A stretch of DNA of 43,701 nt from Ministeria vibrans ATCC 50519 (GCA_943704425.1 CALSCP010000583.1:1-43701); one strand, 5' to 3'; counted from the first letter of the stretch, positions 1 through 12,860 are shown. Translations and numbers: made by a program. The notes: generated by a model from the sequence alone, not told the origin.

Positions 1-160
1 ACCATTGCGATTGCCTCACTGGATAGCGTCGACACAGCACTATGACCTGCCACTGTTCTCCCATGTTACCTCTAGAGTTTCGGTCGAGTTTGCGAGGCGG
101 TCTGGCTGTGTCTTCGCGTGGTGACTGTATCATTAATAAATGGGTTGTATTCTTCTTCTT
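1..160 (+). mobile_element. Possible 3' end of a non-LTR retroposon or other dispersed repeat: ORF end (TIAIASLDSVDTAL*), 3' UTR, AATAAA and a (TTC)n tail
   Basis: 124-153 ACTGTATCATTAATAAATGGGTTGTATTCT is identical to 36708-36737, where it is flanked by a 15-bp direct repeat. Here it is followed by a simple-repeat tail. Confidence 0.35.
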
Positions 161-419
161 CTAATTATTATTATTAAAATATTATTATTATTGTTATTAT
201 TATACCCAGAGATGGTGTCACCAGTTTGTTTATTAGTGATGTCTGATCCTTTTTTTTTCTTACATGTGCAAGAAACGAACGCAATGGCGAACTAACGCGA
301 CAAAAAGAAAAGAGAAGAGAAAAAACGGAAACTAATAAAGTTTGGTCAACTCAAAACGATCCTAAACCTAAAATAATAATAATAATGCTAATGATAATAA
401 TAATAATAATAAAATAATA

Positions 420-455
<36 letters not shown>

Positions 456-540
456 GTGACGTGAACGAATCACTATCGATTCTTTAATTTCGCTCTTCAG
501 TTCGTTTTGTTTCTTCAGACTGACCAGTAGCATTTGCGCA

Positions 541-1369
541 TCAATCACTCGACTCATCTGTTTCCGTTTCTATTGTTGTGTCTGCCGATGTTTCTGTTGT
601 TGTGTCTGCCGATGTTTCTATTGTTATGTCTGCGGTTGTTTCTGTTGTAGTGTCTGAGGCTGCTCCTGTTATTGTGATTTTTGTTGTTGTGTCTGCGGTT
701 GTTTCTGTTGTTGTGTCTGAGGGTGTTTCTGTTGTTATGTCTGCGGACGTTTCTGGTGTTGTGTCTGCAGTTGTTTCTGTCTGCTCCTGTTCGTGTACTG
801 CCGTTCCTACACAGATGCACATAAGGCCGAGTATTTAATCGCAAGAATAGCGTGTACCTGTGAGAGAGTCGGTGGATCAAAGTAGTCGAAGAGGATTGTA
901 GCCAGTTAGTTGTAAAGATGAAATATTATATTATTGTTATTATTATAATGAGTGGGTTTGCGTACCTGTCATACGCATTTCGTTTGATGGCTCTTCGTTG
1001 AAGCTCAACAGATCCCGCAACGTGACAAAGTTTAGGCCCATCGGACTATAATATGACACTTTTGCAAATGCACATCATTGGGACATAATTGCTCGTGATC
1101 CGACTTATATTACATTGCGTACCCATCCATAGCGCAGTCAGTGCCCCCACCACATAGAACCACCAGGACATCTTGGAGAGCGCTTGCAAAATATTTTCGC
1201 AGAGAAGTGGAATCGGTTTAAATGCACTGCTTGTCAGAACAAACATAAACGTCTACAAACAAGGAACAATGATAATAATAATTATAATAATTATTTTTAT
1301 GATAAATAAAAAAGAGAGTAAATTTTCATGTCATTTAATCATAGTCATAATAATAACAATAAAAATAAT

Positions 1370-1437
<68 letters not shown>

Positions 1438-2786
1438 TATTATTATTATTAGTATGAGAAATACAGTATTACTCATTGTTATGGAGTGCGGAGAAACAAA
1501 CTGCAACAGACTTTCTTTTTCAAACCCTCACACTGTTACCTCTGCAAGATTGGGTATCTCCGCTGCAAGAACCCCACCTGTCATTCTAAACATGCGGTAG
1601 GCAGAGACAAACTTGCAGCATTGCTGTTCGCAAGCGCTAGCGCGCGCGGTGGGTTCAGAGGACTTCGACGCAAACCAGCTGCGCTCCTCCAGATCATGCG
1701 TTCGTACCGAGTAGTTTTTGCACTGTTGCTTCCAAAGATTCAGATTCATTGATAGTACTGCGTGATTGTGCTCAATCTCAGCACTAAAGTGAACAGCAAC
1801 GGAGATGACGAGGAGTCCAAGATAGAGGATGGCCAGAAAGGTGGCAAAGGTGGCCATAATACCGTATACATGAGGCTTTACGACACGCATGAATTGAAAC
1901 ACTGTAACACCCGCAATGATGAAACTGATGGCAATGACAGTGAAGGACACGAGGTATGACTTGTCACCAAGGTCTGTTTCAACTCGGATGGGACCCACGA
2001 CATGCGGATCAAACGGTCCGAGATCAAAATGCTTATGCGTGTAGAAAAACGCGTCAAAAGCAATGACACCAAAAAACGAAACGACCACAACACCCTGGTG
2101 GACAAGCGGCTCGATAGGACGGTGCACTTTAAGAATCGACACGGATGTGTACGCAATGGAGGCAAGCGAAACGGCCCTGTAGGCAGTCGAGAAGAGAGAT
2201 GCGGTCGAGATGGAGGGGGTTTGCTCTTTCTTTGAGGGCGTTTCCGCGGGGAGAATATGCGGGTGAATGGATTGAAAGGTGTCCGAGGTGGTGTCAAGGT
2301 CATCGTTGGGCTGTTGGGGTTGTTCGGAGGGTGAGGCAACCCCTGTATTGATGGCGCGACTGTCGTCATTGCCTGCGGGCATTTTTGGAGTTGAGGAGGG
2401 CGCCTCATCGTCGTCGATGTCAGTGTGCTGACGGTGCTCGTGGCGCAGCGGCGTCAGCATGTCTTTGTCGTGCAATTCGACAATGATGACGTCGTCGCTT
2501 GTTCGTCCACTCTCTTCCGGTTCAGCGGTCGGGGTTTCAGCTGACAATGTAATGTTTAGCACACTGGAGAAAGAAGTGAAAGCACCACGAGCGGCGTTTG
2601 ACGCCTGTTCAATTGAGCTGCGAAGAATTTTTTTTCCATTGTTTGTGTTTTTTTTTTTCTCTCTTAAACTCCGTACTCTGGTTCAGGTTTTGGTTTGTTC
2701 CCTTCCTCAGTCGTTGCATGGCAGGTATACGTAAAGTACAAAGCCATGATAAGACATGCAAAGAAAACGAGTCGGTGGGTTCGCAT
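541..2786 (-). CDS. Multi-exon multi-pass membrane protein: signal peptide, Ser/Thr/Pro/Asp-rich N-region, about 5 TM helices, Cys-containing loop, Thr-rich repeat tail
   Basis: Exon 1 MRTHRLVFFACLIMALYF (ATG 2786) splices into the 1528-2562 frame. Hydrophobic segments include VVVVSFFGVIAFDAFFY, FTVIAISFIIAGVTVF, IMATFATFLAILYLGLLVISVAV and WWFYVVGALTALWM. The last exon has (TTETxADT)n repeats ending ETDESSD* at 541. Internal exon boundaries are approximate. Confidence 0.6.
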
Positions 2787-3185
2787 GGATGAACGATTTT
2801 TTTTGAAGATTTCTGATTTCGTCGTTGAATATCAACAGAAAAAGGGGCGGTCTCTATATTCATTCCTGTGTCCTTGACGACAACAAACTTGTCATCTAAC
2901 CATCAATGAGGGCAACGAGCCAACGAACTTAGCGCCCTCAATACTAGCTCTCGACGGCCCCAGTTTTTCCGATCGAGTGTACACTGTGTCTGTGTGTCTC
3001 CACCTTGGCAGATGTCTCGTCCGCACTGCGCAACCCCCAACAAATCACTGTTCACCGTCGCTACGTCGTTACGCACGCAACAACACCACGCGTCCATGTT
3101 CTGCTTGCGTCCGTGACATACTCAAGGGACAAGAGGAGTATACTCGTGCTCTCACGTACTACGACTCTGCATGACCACAAAGTTT

Positions 3186-3985
3186 TTATCGCCGCCGCTT
3201 TGTTCTCGCATCGGATCTCACTACGTCGGAGCTACACAACGACAGTCATAATGATAATAATAAAAAAGAGAAGATGATGTTACACGACCAAATCTTGTTC
3301 GGACATTTCAAAGGCGCTGAGCCAGCGCGAGCGCAATGCGTCGACTTGGGCCTTGCGCACAAAGGGGCGGGATCGCTCGAGGGCGTAGCGAACAGACGAG
3401 ACGCGTTTTTCGGTGGTGTTGACGCGCACAAGCTCACAGGCGTACGAGACACTGTCGTATTTCTCGAGGAGAACGCGTCCGTCCGTCTCGTCGCCCACAC
3501 GCGCAATGACGGTGTAGCCCTGCGTTGGCTTTGGCACGTACTGCACGCCGTCGAGTTGGCGGATCTCGAGGATCTCCGAGCTCACCCAGCGGTCGTCGTC
3601 GTCGCGGGCGGTCGCGCGGTAGTCGCTCCAGTGCGTGCGAACAGCGTCGTGCAGTCGCGATGTCGCCGTCACGCGCATTGTCGTCGCAAACGTCGTCGCT
3701 GCCAGACGCACTGTCGTCGGCGGTAACTCGTCCGTGACCGCTCTAACACTGTCGCTTTGCGTTTTGACCGAGTTCTACCCAAATCAGGGCGTCAAGGGAC
3801 ACTATAGGGGGGCGGCGGAGGCAGTGTTGACTTACGGCTGACGCTTCACGCGCTTCCTCAGTCTCATTGTCCACATGAAACGCCAAATGTTTCATTTTAG
3901 AGTCGGGCGCTGCCGACAGCGACACAAGGCCAGCGTAGCCAAAGGCAAAGACGCCCATTAGAGGCGTGCCGAGGCGCCGCAGCAT
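3186..3985 (-). CDS. Hypothetical protein of about 230 aa, possibly organelle-targeted
   Basis: Exon 1 MLRRLGTPLMGVFAFGYAGL..., then GTAAGT..TAG intron 3835-3775 joining in frame to ORF 3280-3711. A probable last intron (GTAACA..TGTAG, 3283-3233) gives ...SDVVRSDARTKRRR*. Without it the stop is at 3280. Confidence 0.55.
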
Positions 3986-4084
3986 TGCAAAGAGAGTGCG
4001 AATATTTGTGATGAAACGATCATTCCATTGAAGATAATTCGAGTCACTTCATTGATCATTCCACTTTTTTTTTTGTTGTGCACA

Positions 4085-6749
4085 ATGGACCTCAACAGTG
4101 CGGGTATTGTTGGTGAGTCGAGATTTTGTCGATGCCTTGGCTGTGCAACTGAAGATCGCGTGTTTTGTAGTGGTTGGCGACGAAATTCTATCCGGTCGAA
4201 CGGTCGACTGCAACTCGTCGACGATTGCGCGTGCTGTGCGCCAGGCGGGTGTCTGTGTGAAACGCATCGTCGTCGTGCCTGACGACACGACAGTCATCGC
4301 GGACGGTAGGTCTCTCCGAGTGAAGCAATAGCAAACCATAAAACGCGTCTGACGCGCTCGCACGGCGTCCGTATGCACGCCAGGGCACGCCTAGGCGCAT
4401 GTGCGCACCACGACACGCTGTAATGGGGCGAGAGATACCCTCCAACTGACGCGCCGCTCACTCTGTAGTCGTTCGCGATTTCTCTCGCCACTTCCACCAT
4501 GTCTTTGTTTCCGGCGGTCTCGGGCCCACGCACGACGACGTCACTGTAGTCACCTTCTAAAGTATTGTCGGCTTCTTTCTCTCACTCCTCCTTCTCCGTC
4601 GTCTGTAGATGAGTGCAGTTGCAAGTGCGTTTCACGATCTGTTGACCCACTCAGATCAACTCCAAGCACTTTTTGCTTCGAATGGGATTCTCCAAAACAA
4701 CGCGGCAGCACTCTCCAAAATCACCCAGATCCCTTCCACTGCCAAACTCCTTCGCTTACCCTCTCTGCACTTCCCTATTGTCTCCGTCTCAAACGTCTTT
4801 GTCCTTCCTGGAATCCCAAAGGTCCACCAGTTCTCTTTAGTGCCTGTTTTGATCTTCTTTCATAGGTCGTGACATTGATGATGGCTCATTTGTCCCTTTG
4901 GCTCAAACAACTTTCGTCTGTTCGATTTGCTCTCAGAGAGGTACATTTTGATTGACGGCCAGAATATATTTTGATGATGTGTTTTTCGCATTTAGGTTTT
5001 GTTGAGCGTTTCCGAAACGGACATTTTGGACATTTTGAACGAAACACAAAAGGTAATAATAAGAAACAAGCATGGAAATGGATTCAACTTGTTGTGAATA
5101 GAAACACTCTGAGATTGCACTTGGGTCTTATCCGGAAGAAACGAATGGAAAACAGTCTGTTCGGCTCACTTTTGAATCGGTGGACAAGCTCAAAGCAGAC
5201 TCAGCATTTCACGTACGAAGAACAATCAAAGGGAGAGAGAACGACAGAGAAATGAAGGAAGAAGAGAAAGGAGGTGAAAGAGAAAGAAAGAAAGAAAGAA
5301 AGAAAGGAGGGTGGGAGAAAGAAACAAAGTGATAGAGAGAGAAACAAAGAGAAACAAAGTGATAGAAACAAAGGGATAGAGAGAAAGTGGTAGAGCAATA
5401 CGGCTGAAAGAATTCTGACGGTTGTTGTAGGATTTTATTGAGAAAACTGAGCTGGAATGGATTGATTCGGTTCAATTACACGAAAATCTGGTGAGACTGC
5501 AGAACTCTCTATAGTTTCAATCACATTAATCAATTTGATGTGTTTTTCTGATTCACTCTGTTTCATTCTGTCATTCATCACACGCTGATCTACCCTCCTT
5601 CCCGTTTCACTATCTATACTTGTGTTTTTGCGTTTGTTTCGTTTCACCCTCTCACTTCTTTCTTTTAGAGCGTTTGTGAGTTTCTCATGAGCGAAAAGGA
5701 GAGTGAGAGCGATGAAGCATTGGGGAGAAAGGTCAAAGCGGCACTGGGAGTGATCTGTGAAGCAGTGCGTCGCTATGGGTTTGACGGGTGCAGTGTGAGC
5801 TTTAATGGCGGAAAGGACTGTACGGTTTTGCTGCATTTGATTGCGGTTGCATTGGAACTGACAAGTGCGGAGAAACTGCAGTTGGGTGTGTATGAAACGA
5901 GTGCGAGCGAGAGTGTGGAGTTGAGCAGCACAGCGGAAAAAAGCGATGAAAGAACGACACCTATTGATCGTGGTACGAGTGTCGCAATGACACGTCGACG
6001 GTTGCATGCAATTTATGTTGTGGGGGAGAGTCCTTTTGAAGAGGTTGAAACGTTTGTGAGTGTCTCGGAAAAGCGGTAAGAGTAGTTTACCTTGTTACTT
6101 TTACATTTTTGTTTCTTGCGCTCACTCTCCATCACTCTTGCTTCTTTCCCCGTCACCGCTCTGTCTGTATGCGTGTTATTCTGACGATGGATAATAATAT
6201 TATTGTAAAATTCATACTTTCAACTAGGTATGGACTGAAATTGGTTCGCGTGAGTGGGAGTGTCAGAGAGGGACTGAAGACGCTGAAGGAAATGCCAAAC
6301 GTTGACATTCAAGCGATATTTGTGGGGTCGCGCGCGACGGATCCGCATTGTGGTACTCACTCTATACAACGCTTATGATTCTTAACTAACAAACGGGTGT
6401 CTACTGTTTGTGTGTGTGTTAGGGCATTTGAGGACCTTTTCGCCGACTGACGGTGATTGGCCATCGTTTATGCGGGTCAATCCGATTCTCGACTGGTCTT
6501 ATGCTGAAATTTGGTCTTATCTGTTGCGTTTTGAAGTGCCCTACTGCTCACTCTATGAAAATGGGTATTTTTTTCTCTTTTTATTTCAATTTTTAATTTC
6601 GAATTTATGTTAGGTACACCTCTTTGGGAACGAAAACGAACACTGCGAAGAATCCCGAGCTGCTGCAACGGGACGGATCGTACGCGCATGCGGCGTTGCT
6701 GGACGACGAAACACACGAGAGGGGCGGCAGACTCGTTAGGAAATTGTAA
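4085..6749 (+). CDS. FLAD1: Bifunctional FAD synthase: N-terminal molybdopterin-binding-like (FAD hydrolase) domain plus C-terminal PAPS-reductase-like FMN adenylyltransferase
   Basis: The spliced product contains VVGDEILSGRTVDCN, SGGLGPTHDDVT, VFVLPGIP, LGSYP, SFNGGKDCTVLL, RVNPILDWSY, YCSLYENGYTSLG and ERGGR. About 11 GT-AG-bounded exons. Confidence 0.93.
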
Positions 6750-7237
6750 TCATTATTTTCCTCTCACAATTATTAAAATTTAATATTATAATAAAAATAA
6801 TAATAATTCATACGAATTTATGTGTATTTTGAAATGATGATTTTCTGTTCAAGCATCGCACGTGTCCGTCTTTACACAGTCAATAAGGATAGTGTTTTTT
6901 TCTTTTCTTTTCCGTTTTTCTCCTTCTGTATGTTGTCATTCTCAGAAAGCAAAAAAATGCAATAAGACCACTCGAGGCGCACCGATACTCATGTGTGTGC
7001 TATATTAATTAATATGTATAAGGTTCCAACTCATTTGGGGTGACGCACTCAGTCGTGGGTGAGAAGGGTAACCTTTTTGACGTTGATTTCTTGGCGAAAA
7101 TGTTTTTTTTATAATACGTCTTTTTGGGAGTTGATAGTACAATCATAATAAACGAAAAAAATCCCCTGCTCGATTTCACTCTTTTTCCCACTCTCTCACT
7201 TTTCAAACAACTCAAAAGCAACCCGGTCACTATACTA

Positions 7238-9106
7238 ATGGTCCGGTTTCAGATCCTCCACGCTAACAAGTACCATGTCGTGTCGGCCGAGTCCGCCAGC
7301 GAGATGGTCGAGGCGCTCAAACGCGCGCGACTTGTACCCCGCTACGCTGAAACCTCCGACATTGGATACGCTTCCGTGGCAAGCTTCTACAACTGCACTC
7401 GCTCCTTTGATGAGATCGGTGACTTATTCCGCGTGCGCGCCATCGTGTACACAAAACCGCACGCACCTGCGGCAAAACCGCGTTCCTCGCTGAGCACGTC
7501 ATCAACCGCGTCAACCGCGTCAACCGCATCAACTTCATCATCTGGCTCAAACTCGTTGCAACCCCATAGTAACGAAGAGCTTGACTACACATTGTTTTTG
7601 GAGGCGCTTCTCGAGAGTGGCGACGACGACAGGGTGCGCGCGCAAGTCAAGACGTTGCTGTACCAGCGTGGCGTGGATCCGCGTGGATTGGATAGCAAGA
7701 GCTGGTCGCCCCTTGCGGCCGCCGCTCAGCATGGGCGCGACCAGGCTCTCCTCCTCATGATGGAGTGGCTGCAGGAGCACAACGTTGATGTGTGCGAGGC
7801 GCTCAGTGCCTCGGCCGACACCCGCCCGCCCAATCCCTACGGAGACACCAAGACGTACGCGCACTTCACGCCGCTGACTATTGCAGCGCGAGCGGGTCAT
7901 GTTCACTGTGCGCAAGTGCTTTTGGATGCCGGCGTGGATGTGAATGCGGTGACGGGCGAGTACACAGCGCTAACAACGGCAGCTGGCAACGGCCAAGTCA
8001 AAATGGTCGAGTTTCTCTTGTCCCGAGGCGCCTCCGTTGATGGGCGCGCGGGCACCCACACCGCATTGATTAATGCGGTGCGGGTGGGAGATTTGAACAT
8101 GGTCAAGGTGCTGCTGGATGTGGATGGAGTGCGGGCGCCAGAGACGCGAGCCGATCTGAATCTGGACGCCGACTATTTCTCGCCTTTGCGCAACGCCGTG
8201 CGCTACGATCACCGTGACATTGCCGAGCTGTTGCTCGAACGCGGCGCTGACCCCGATCTGGTGATTCAGGATCGATCACCTCTGATGGATGCGGTGAACA
8301 ACGGACAGATGGCGATGATGGAGCTGCTGCTCGAGCACGGCGCGTCTCATGCGCTCTGCGTTGGTAGCTGCACCCCGCTGTCCCACGCTGTCTTCAAGGG
8401 TCAGATCGATTTTGTCCGAACGCTAATCGCTCACGGTGCGGCTGTGAATGCGCCCAAGGCGGCAGACCATTCGCCGCTGATGACAGCTGCCTTTCACAAC
8501 CACCTGGACATTGCCGAGTTGCTCTTGGACGTGAAGGGCGAGCGTGACATTGCCCAGCGCGCCGAGGTGGATCCCGTCCACGCGACACCATACTCGCCAC
8601 TGATCAATGCGTCGCGCCAGGGACATCTTGCAATGGCCCAGCTGCTGTTGGATCACGGCGCCGACGTGAATCGTGTGCCCAATGGGCGGTGCCACCTGAT
8701 TGACGGTGTGGGAAGCCACCACGTTCAACACGATGACATGCGGTGGCACTTTTCGCCTCTCCTTAGTGCCGTGCATTATAACCATCCCGACATGTTCAAG
8801 CTGCTCCTTGCTCACGGCGCCGAAGTGAACGTCATTGTGAACAAGTTTTCTCCGCTAACATCAGTCATCCACAGCGGCTTCCATGACTTCGCGGCACTCC
8901 TTTTGGATCTGAGGGGGGAGCGTCCCATCGAACAGCGCGCCAATGTGGAGCTCGTCGTCGGTGGTCGCTCACCACTAGACTGGGCCGTGTACGAAAACGA
9001 CGAAAGAATGGTAGCGCTCTTGCTTGAGGCGGGCGCTGACGTGTCCCGCTTGAGGATGCGCCCCAGTCGCGGTTCGCCTATTAGGGATCTTCTTCAAGGA
9101 CAATGA
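7238..9106 (+). CDS. Intronless ankyrin-repeat protein (about 12 repeats) with an uncharacterised N-terminal domain
   Basis: Single ORF; the first ATG is at 7238. Repeated (T/S)PLxxA...G...LLLxxGAxVN motifs. Confidence 0.9.
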   Translation: MVRFQILHANKYHVVSAESASEMVEALKRARLVPRYAETSDIGYASVASFYNCTRSFDEIGDLFRVRAIVYTKPHAPAAKPRSSLSTSSTASTASTASTSSSGSNSLQPHSNEELDYTLFLEALLESGDDDRVRAQVKTLLYQRGVDPRGLDSKSWSPLAAAAQHGRDQALLLMMEWLQEHNVDVCEALSASADTRPPNPYGDTKTYAHFTPLTIAARAGHVHCAQVLLDAGVDVNAVTGEYTALTTAAGNGQVKMVEFLLSRGASVDGRAGTHTALINAVRVGDLNMVKVLLDVDGVRAPETRADLNLDADYFSPLRNAVRYDHRDIAELLLERGADPDLVIQDRSPLMDAVNNGQMAMMELLLEHGASHALCVGSCTPLSHAVFKGQIDFVRTLIAHGAAVNAPKAADHSPLMTAAFHNHLDIAELLLDVKGERDIAQRAEVDPVHATPYSPLINASRQGHLAMAQLLLDHGADVNRVPNGRCHLIDGVGSHHVQHDDMRWHFSPLLSAVHYNHPDMFKLLLAHGAEVNVIVNKFSPLTSVIHSGFHDFAALLLDLRGERPIEQRANVELVVGGRSPLDWAVYENDERMVALLLEAGADVSRLRMRPSRGSPIRDLLQGQ

Positions 9107-9277
9107 AATTTAGCTTGTAGTTTGTGTCTGACGAAGTGAAATTGGTGTGTTAACAAATTAGTTATTATTATAAAAAAGGGTTTGTGAAGTGATATCCTTC
9201 CTTCTATATCTCGAGGAATGAAAGTCGCAGTCGGTTCAACAAAACTCATTAGAAATCGATTTTTGAGGGTAATACTT

Positions 9278-10433
9278 TCATTTCTTCCGCATGTCCTTGA
9301 CAAAACTCTGGAAGGTGCCGTCATCACCAATCTCTGCATGGTCATCGCGCAGACGCGACAGACGCAGAATGGTTACAACGTCAACGTGCATTTCACCCAG
9401 GGCCAAATCGAGTGGGTCCTAAGCATGTGAGTGTATTAAATATTAGTGTATTAATTGTGTGAGTGATTAAATAAAATAGCAGTGTATGAATTGGCTGTGA
9501 GTGTGCGTATGTTGCTTACTCTATCGAGATTGTCCTTTTGCAGTGAATTGGCATTGCGTTTAAGCAGACTGAGCACGTGCGGAAGAAGTCCCTTGAGTGC
9601 CGCATAGTGCAAGGGAGTGCGTCCCTGTGCGTCCGTCACATTCACTGTCGCAGAGCTCTATACGAAAGAATAAAAAGTTCCGAGTGAATGAGATATAAAA
9701 TGAGTGAGTTTAGAGAGAGAGAAGGAGCAAAAATGAGAGAGGATGCGTTGTGTGTGTGCGTGTGTTGTACCAAACAGAGCAATTCCAAAGCGGCTAAATG
9801 GCCGTTTCGTGCTGTGACGTGCAACGGCCGTTCCTCCCAATCCACATCATTCGTTTCCCCATTTTCTTCTTCTGTTACATTTTCGCTGTCTGTTGTCGCT
9901 TTGAGAGTCAGTTTTCTTTGTGCGTTGACACACTCTGCACTCTCTGCAATGCATTGAATCAACAGCGGAACATTGTTTGTCTCACTCGCTTCAAATATGT
10001 TCTACAAAAATTGTAAAGCATGAGAAAATAATTATAAGATATATATATTTTTTGTGGTTTCGTGGACCTTTAGAGTCTGTTCTTTCGACGATTGTTCCAT
10101 CAGGGATTTTTCAACGTATTTCTGTCTAATCCACAGTTCGCGTTTGGTCCGCTCACTGTCCGGACTGGGTTGCTTCTCCTTTCGTTCTTGCGCTGTGAGT
10201 CCGCTGAGAAAGATGTTGTTACATTGTTCATTTGAGGTGTTCATCAGAATTCTAAACAAGTAGAAAGAGAGAGAGAGAGAGTTCAAGAGAGAGTTCAAGA
10301 GAGAGAGAGAGAGAGAGAGTTCAAGAGAGAGAGAGAGTTCAAGAGAGAGAGAGAGTTCAAGAGAGAGAGTTCAAGAGAGAGAGAGTTCAAGAGAGAGAGA
10401 GTTCAAGAGAGTTCAAGAGAGTTCAAGAGAGTT

Positions 10434-10504
<71 letters not shown>

Positions 10505-12860
10505 CACAGTGATAGATAGAGAGAAACACAGTGATAGAGAGAGAGGAGGGAGAGAGAAACAAAGTCATAGAGAAAAACAAAATAGTGCGCGAGTGAGTAA
10601 AAAAGAGCAAAAAAAAAAGAATGAATTGTTTTACGCAAGAATATCTTCTTCAAACTTGTCCATTGTGAGCGAACGGACTTTCGAGATGTGAACGCCAAAA
10701 GAGCGATGAATGCCGGAACAGGTGATGCACAGGAGCGCACCCAGGTTAATGGAGACCCACGACGGGCCTGGAAAGGAGCAGTCGCAGCACACCTGAAATT
10801 TGAGTGTGGGTGTGAGTGAGTGAAGTGAAAAAGGACGGTTGATTGTGCTTTCTTTAGTGAGTCAGTGTCTGTAAGAGAAATCGATATGGAGTTTATATTC
10901 GTGAGACACGAAATAAGGTGATCAGCCCGCATGCAGAATAGGAGAGGCTTGTTAAAACCAAAATCAAAACACTTACGTCGTTGCCGGGACGAGCCATGAG
11001 AAGTTGGAGGCGAACGGGAGACATGCAGGAGTCGTCCTGGATGCTGGTCTGTTGATCGAGGGAATGGGGAGCAGTGGTGGGAGATGGACGGAAGGAGGAG
11101 GAGGGGGGAATGGGGGTGGAAAGGGGAGGAGCGGAGGAGGAGAGGGGGCACGTGGTGGTGGTGGTGGAGGGTGCGGGAGAGGAGAGGAGACGGGGTGGTG
11201 GGGGTGAGGGGGAGACAATGAGTTGGTGGGAGGAGGCGATGGCAGAGGAGAGAGCGGTGATCCATAGGTTGACCATGTGGGGGGAGGTGGTCTGGAGGAC
11301 TGCGGTGTGGTGGGGCGAGATGAGAAGGAAACAGTTGCGGCGGTCAGTGGCACTGAGTGAGTGCGGGACATGCGTGGACGATGACGACGCAGAAGGATTG
11401 GAAAAGGAGACGGGAGAAGCAGCAAAGAAGTCGTCAGAGGAAGAAGGAGTGTTCGCAGTGAGCGCGCGCACTGAGCACAGTCGAAGGTCTGTTGTAGTGT
11501 GGTGTTTTGCTTTGTCTGAGGTTCGACTGCTTCGAGTGATTTTTCCATTCTAAACAAAGACTTTAGTGAAGAAAGAGAAGAAAAAAAAACAATAATTATT
11601 ACTGTTTTTTTTTACCTTCACAAAGTAGTAATAGGGGACCCACTTTGAAAAGTATCGGTCTTTTGAACAGAGCTCATTGAGATATCCCGCCACAATTGCA
11701 TTGTGTGGAGAATCCTCGACCCGCACACTATCACGTGGCATTGCAGTGCCTTCCAGAGCACTCAGTGCATCGCTTTCGTCCGGGGTTTTCGTTTCTTCGG
11801 CAGTCACAGTTTCCACTTTTGGTGCCTCTATAGACTCCGATTGATCCCCAATGCGATACGCATGCTCTTCTGCCATCTTCTTGCGTTCTCTTGACTCACT
11901 CACAAGCTGATGGCGTTGCTCCATTTCCCGCTCAAACTCCATTTGGCTCTTGCGTCGCTTCTCCAGAGTGTCTGCGAGCTCACGCAACTGCGGCTCTATT
12001 TCGCGCATCACATCCGCACCCTGTCGGAAGAAACTGTATAGGGCGTACGAGTGCGCAAGGATAGGGTCAAGCAGCTCGTAGCGCGACTGTGCCTTGACCG
12101 AGTTGAGGGTGTGCGCGTAGTCGAGTGAGATGTGTTGGAAGTTGGTGCGTGCCTGTCGCAGCTGCTCCTCCGCCTAAGTCAAAACACATTTCATTCAATC
12201 ACACAATGGACAGACTCACTGCGCTGCATGCGCTACCTCTCGGACATCGACGTCTTTGGCGTTTTTGCTGAGCGCGGCTTGTTTCGTGCTCGCGTGGTCG
12301 AGTTCGTCGCTCAGCTTGGTGAACACTTTGCGTGTCTCTCGCGTCTGGAGAAAGAGGGAGATTCATATTATTTGTTTTGGTTCAGTTCGGATCGTCAGTG
12401 TACCGGATCAAGAATCTGTCTATTGAATTTGTGCATTGAGGTGCAAAGGGTGCTCTTGTCTACAAAACAGAAAATAGAAAAAAAAACGCAAACAAACAAA
12501 CAAAGAAGGATCAAGATCAAGTCCGCACTCTAAGTAAGTACTTTGATCGAGTAGGATTTCGCGATACTGCGCCAGATCATCCAGAGCGGCTGTCACGCGC
12601 TCCAGCGCACCCACAGCCATGGGATCGTCTTCAAGAAGAGAATGCGCGCCAATGGCACGGATGGAGGACGTCACAGAGTCGTTTGCGGTCGCGAACTTAC
12701 GACCCGTCACTGTGCGAACGAAAAAAAATGGTGTTTTGTGAGCATTTCGGCACAATGACTCAATAACGGCACCGTCGGCATGGTCAGCAGCGTTGGCGAG
12801 GGTCGACGCAAGACGCTCCAGCTCGTCAATCCCGCGTTCGCCTCCGTCTAAGAGAGACAT
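9278..12860 (-). CDS. ACAP: ACAP/centaurin-beta-type Arf GAP (BAR-PH-ArfGAP-ankyrin)
   Basis: N-terminal helical BAR region, PH domain (AGYLNE...KWVPYYYFV...[11 protein letters not shown]...WITAL), ArfGAP zinc finger [56 protein letters not shown], ankyrins [11 protein letters not shown] and GRTPLHYAA. Stop after KDMRKK at 9278. Confidence 0.9.
10263..10570. repeat. Intronic composite satellite: (GA)n interspersed with GAGAGTTCAA units
   Basis: Directly visible tandem repeats inside an ACAP intron. Confidence 0.9.

Noticed and set aside
351-1600. Poly-Ile/poly-Asn ORFs, and the (CV)n, (RE)n and (LS)n ORFs elsewhere
   Set aside because: These are translations of AAT, GT and GA microsatellites in introns or UTRs.
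2880-3185. Possible small gene or ncRNA (7-bp stem TGAGGGC/GCCCTCA, short ORFs)
   Set aside because: No recognisable RNA family or convincing spliced ORF. It is compatible with UTR or promoter sequence.
9192-9201. ATATCCTT U12-type donor-like motif
   Set aside because: It lies between convergent stops and no gene model requires it. All reconstructed introns are GT-AG.
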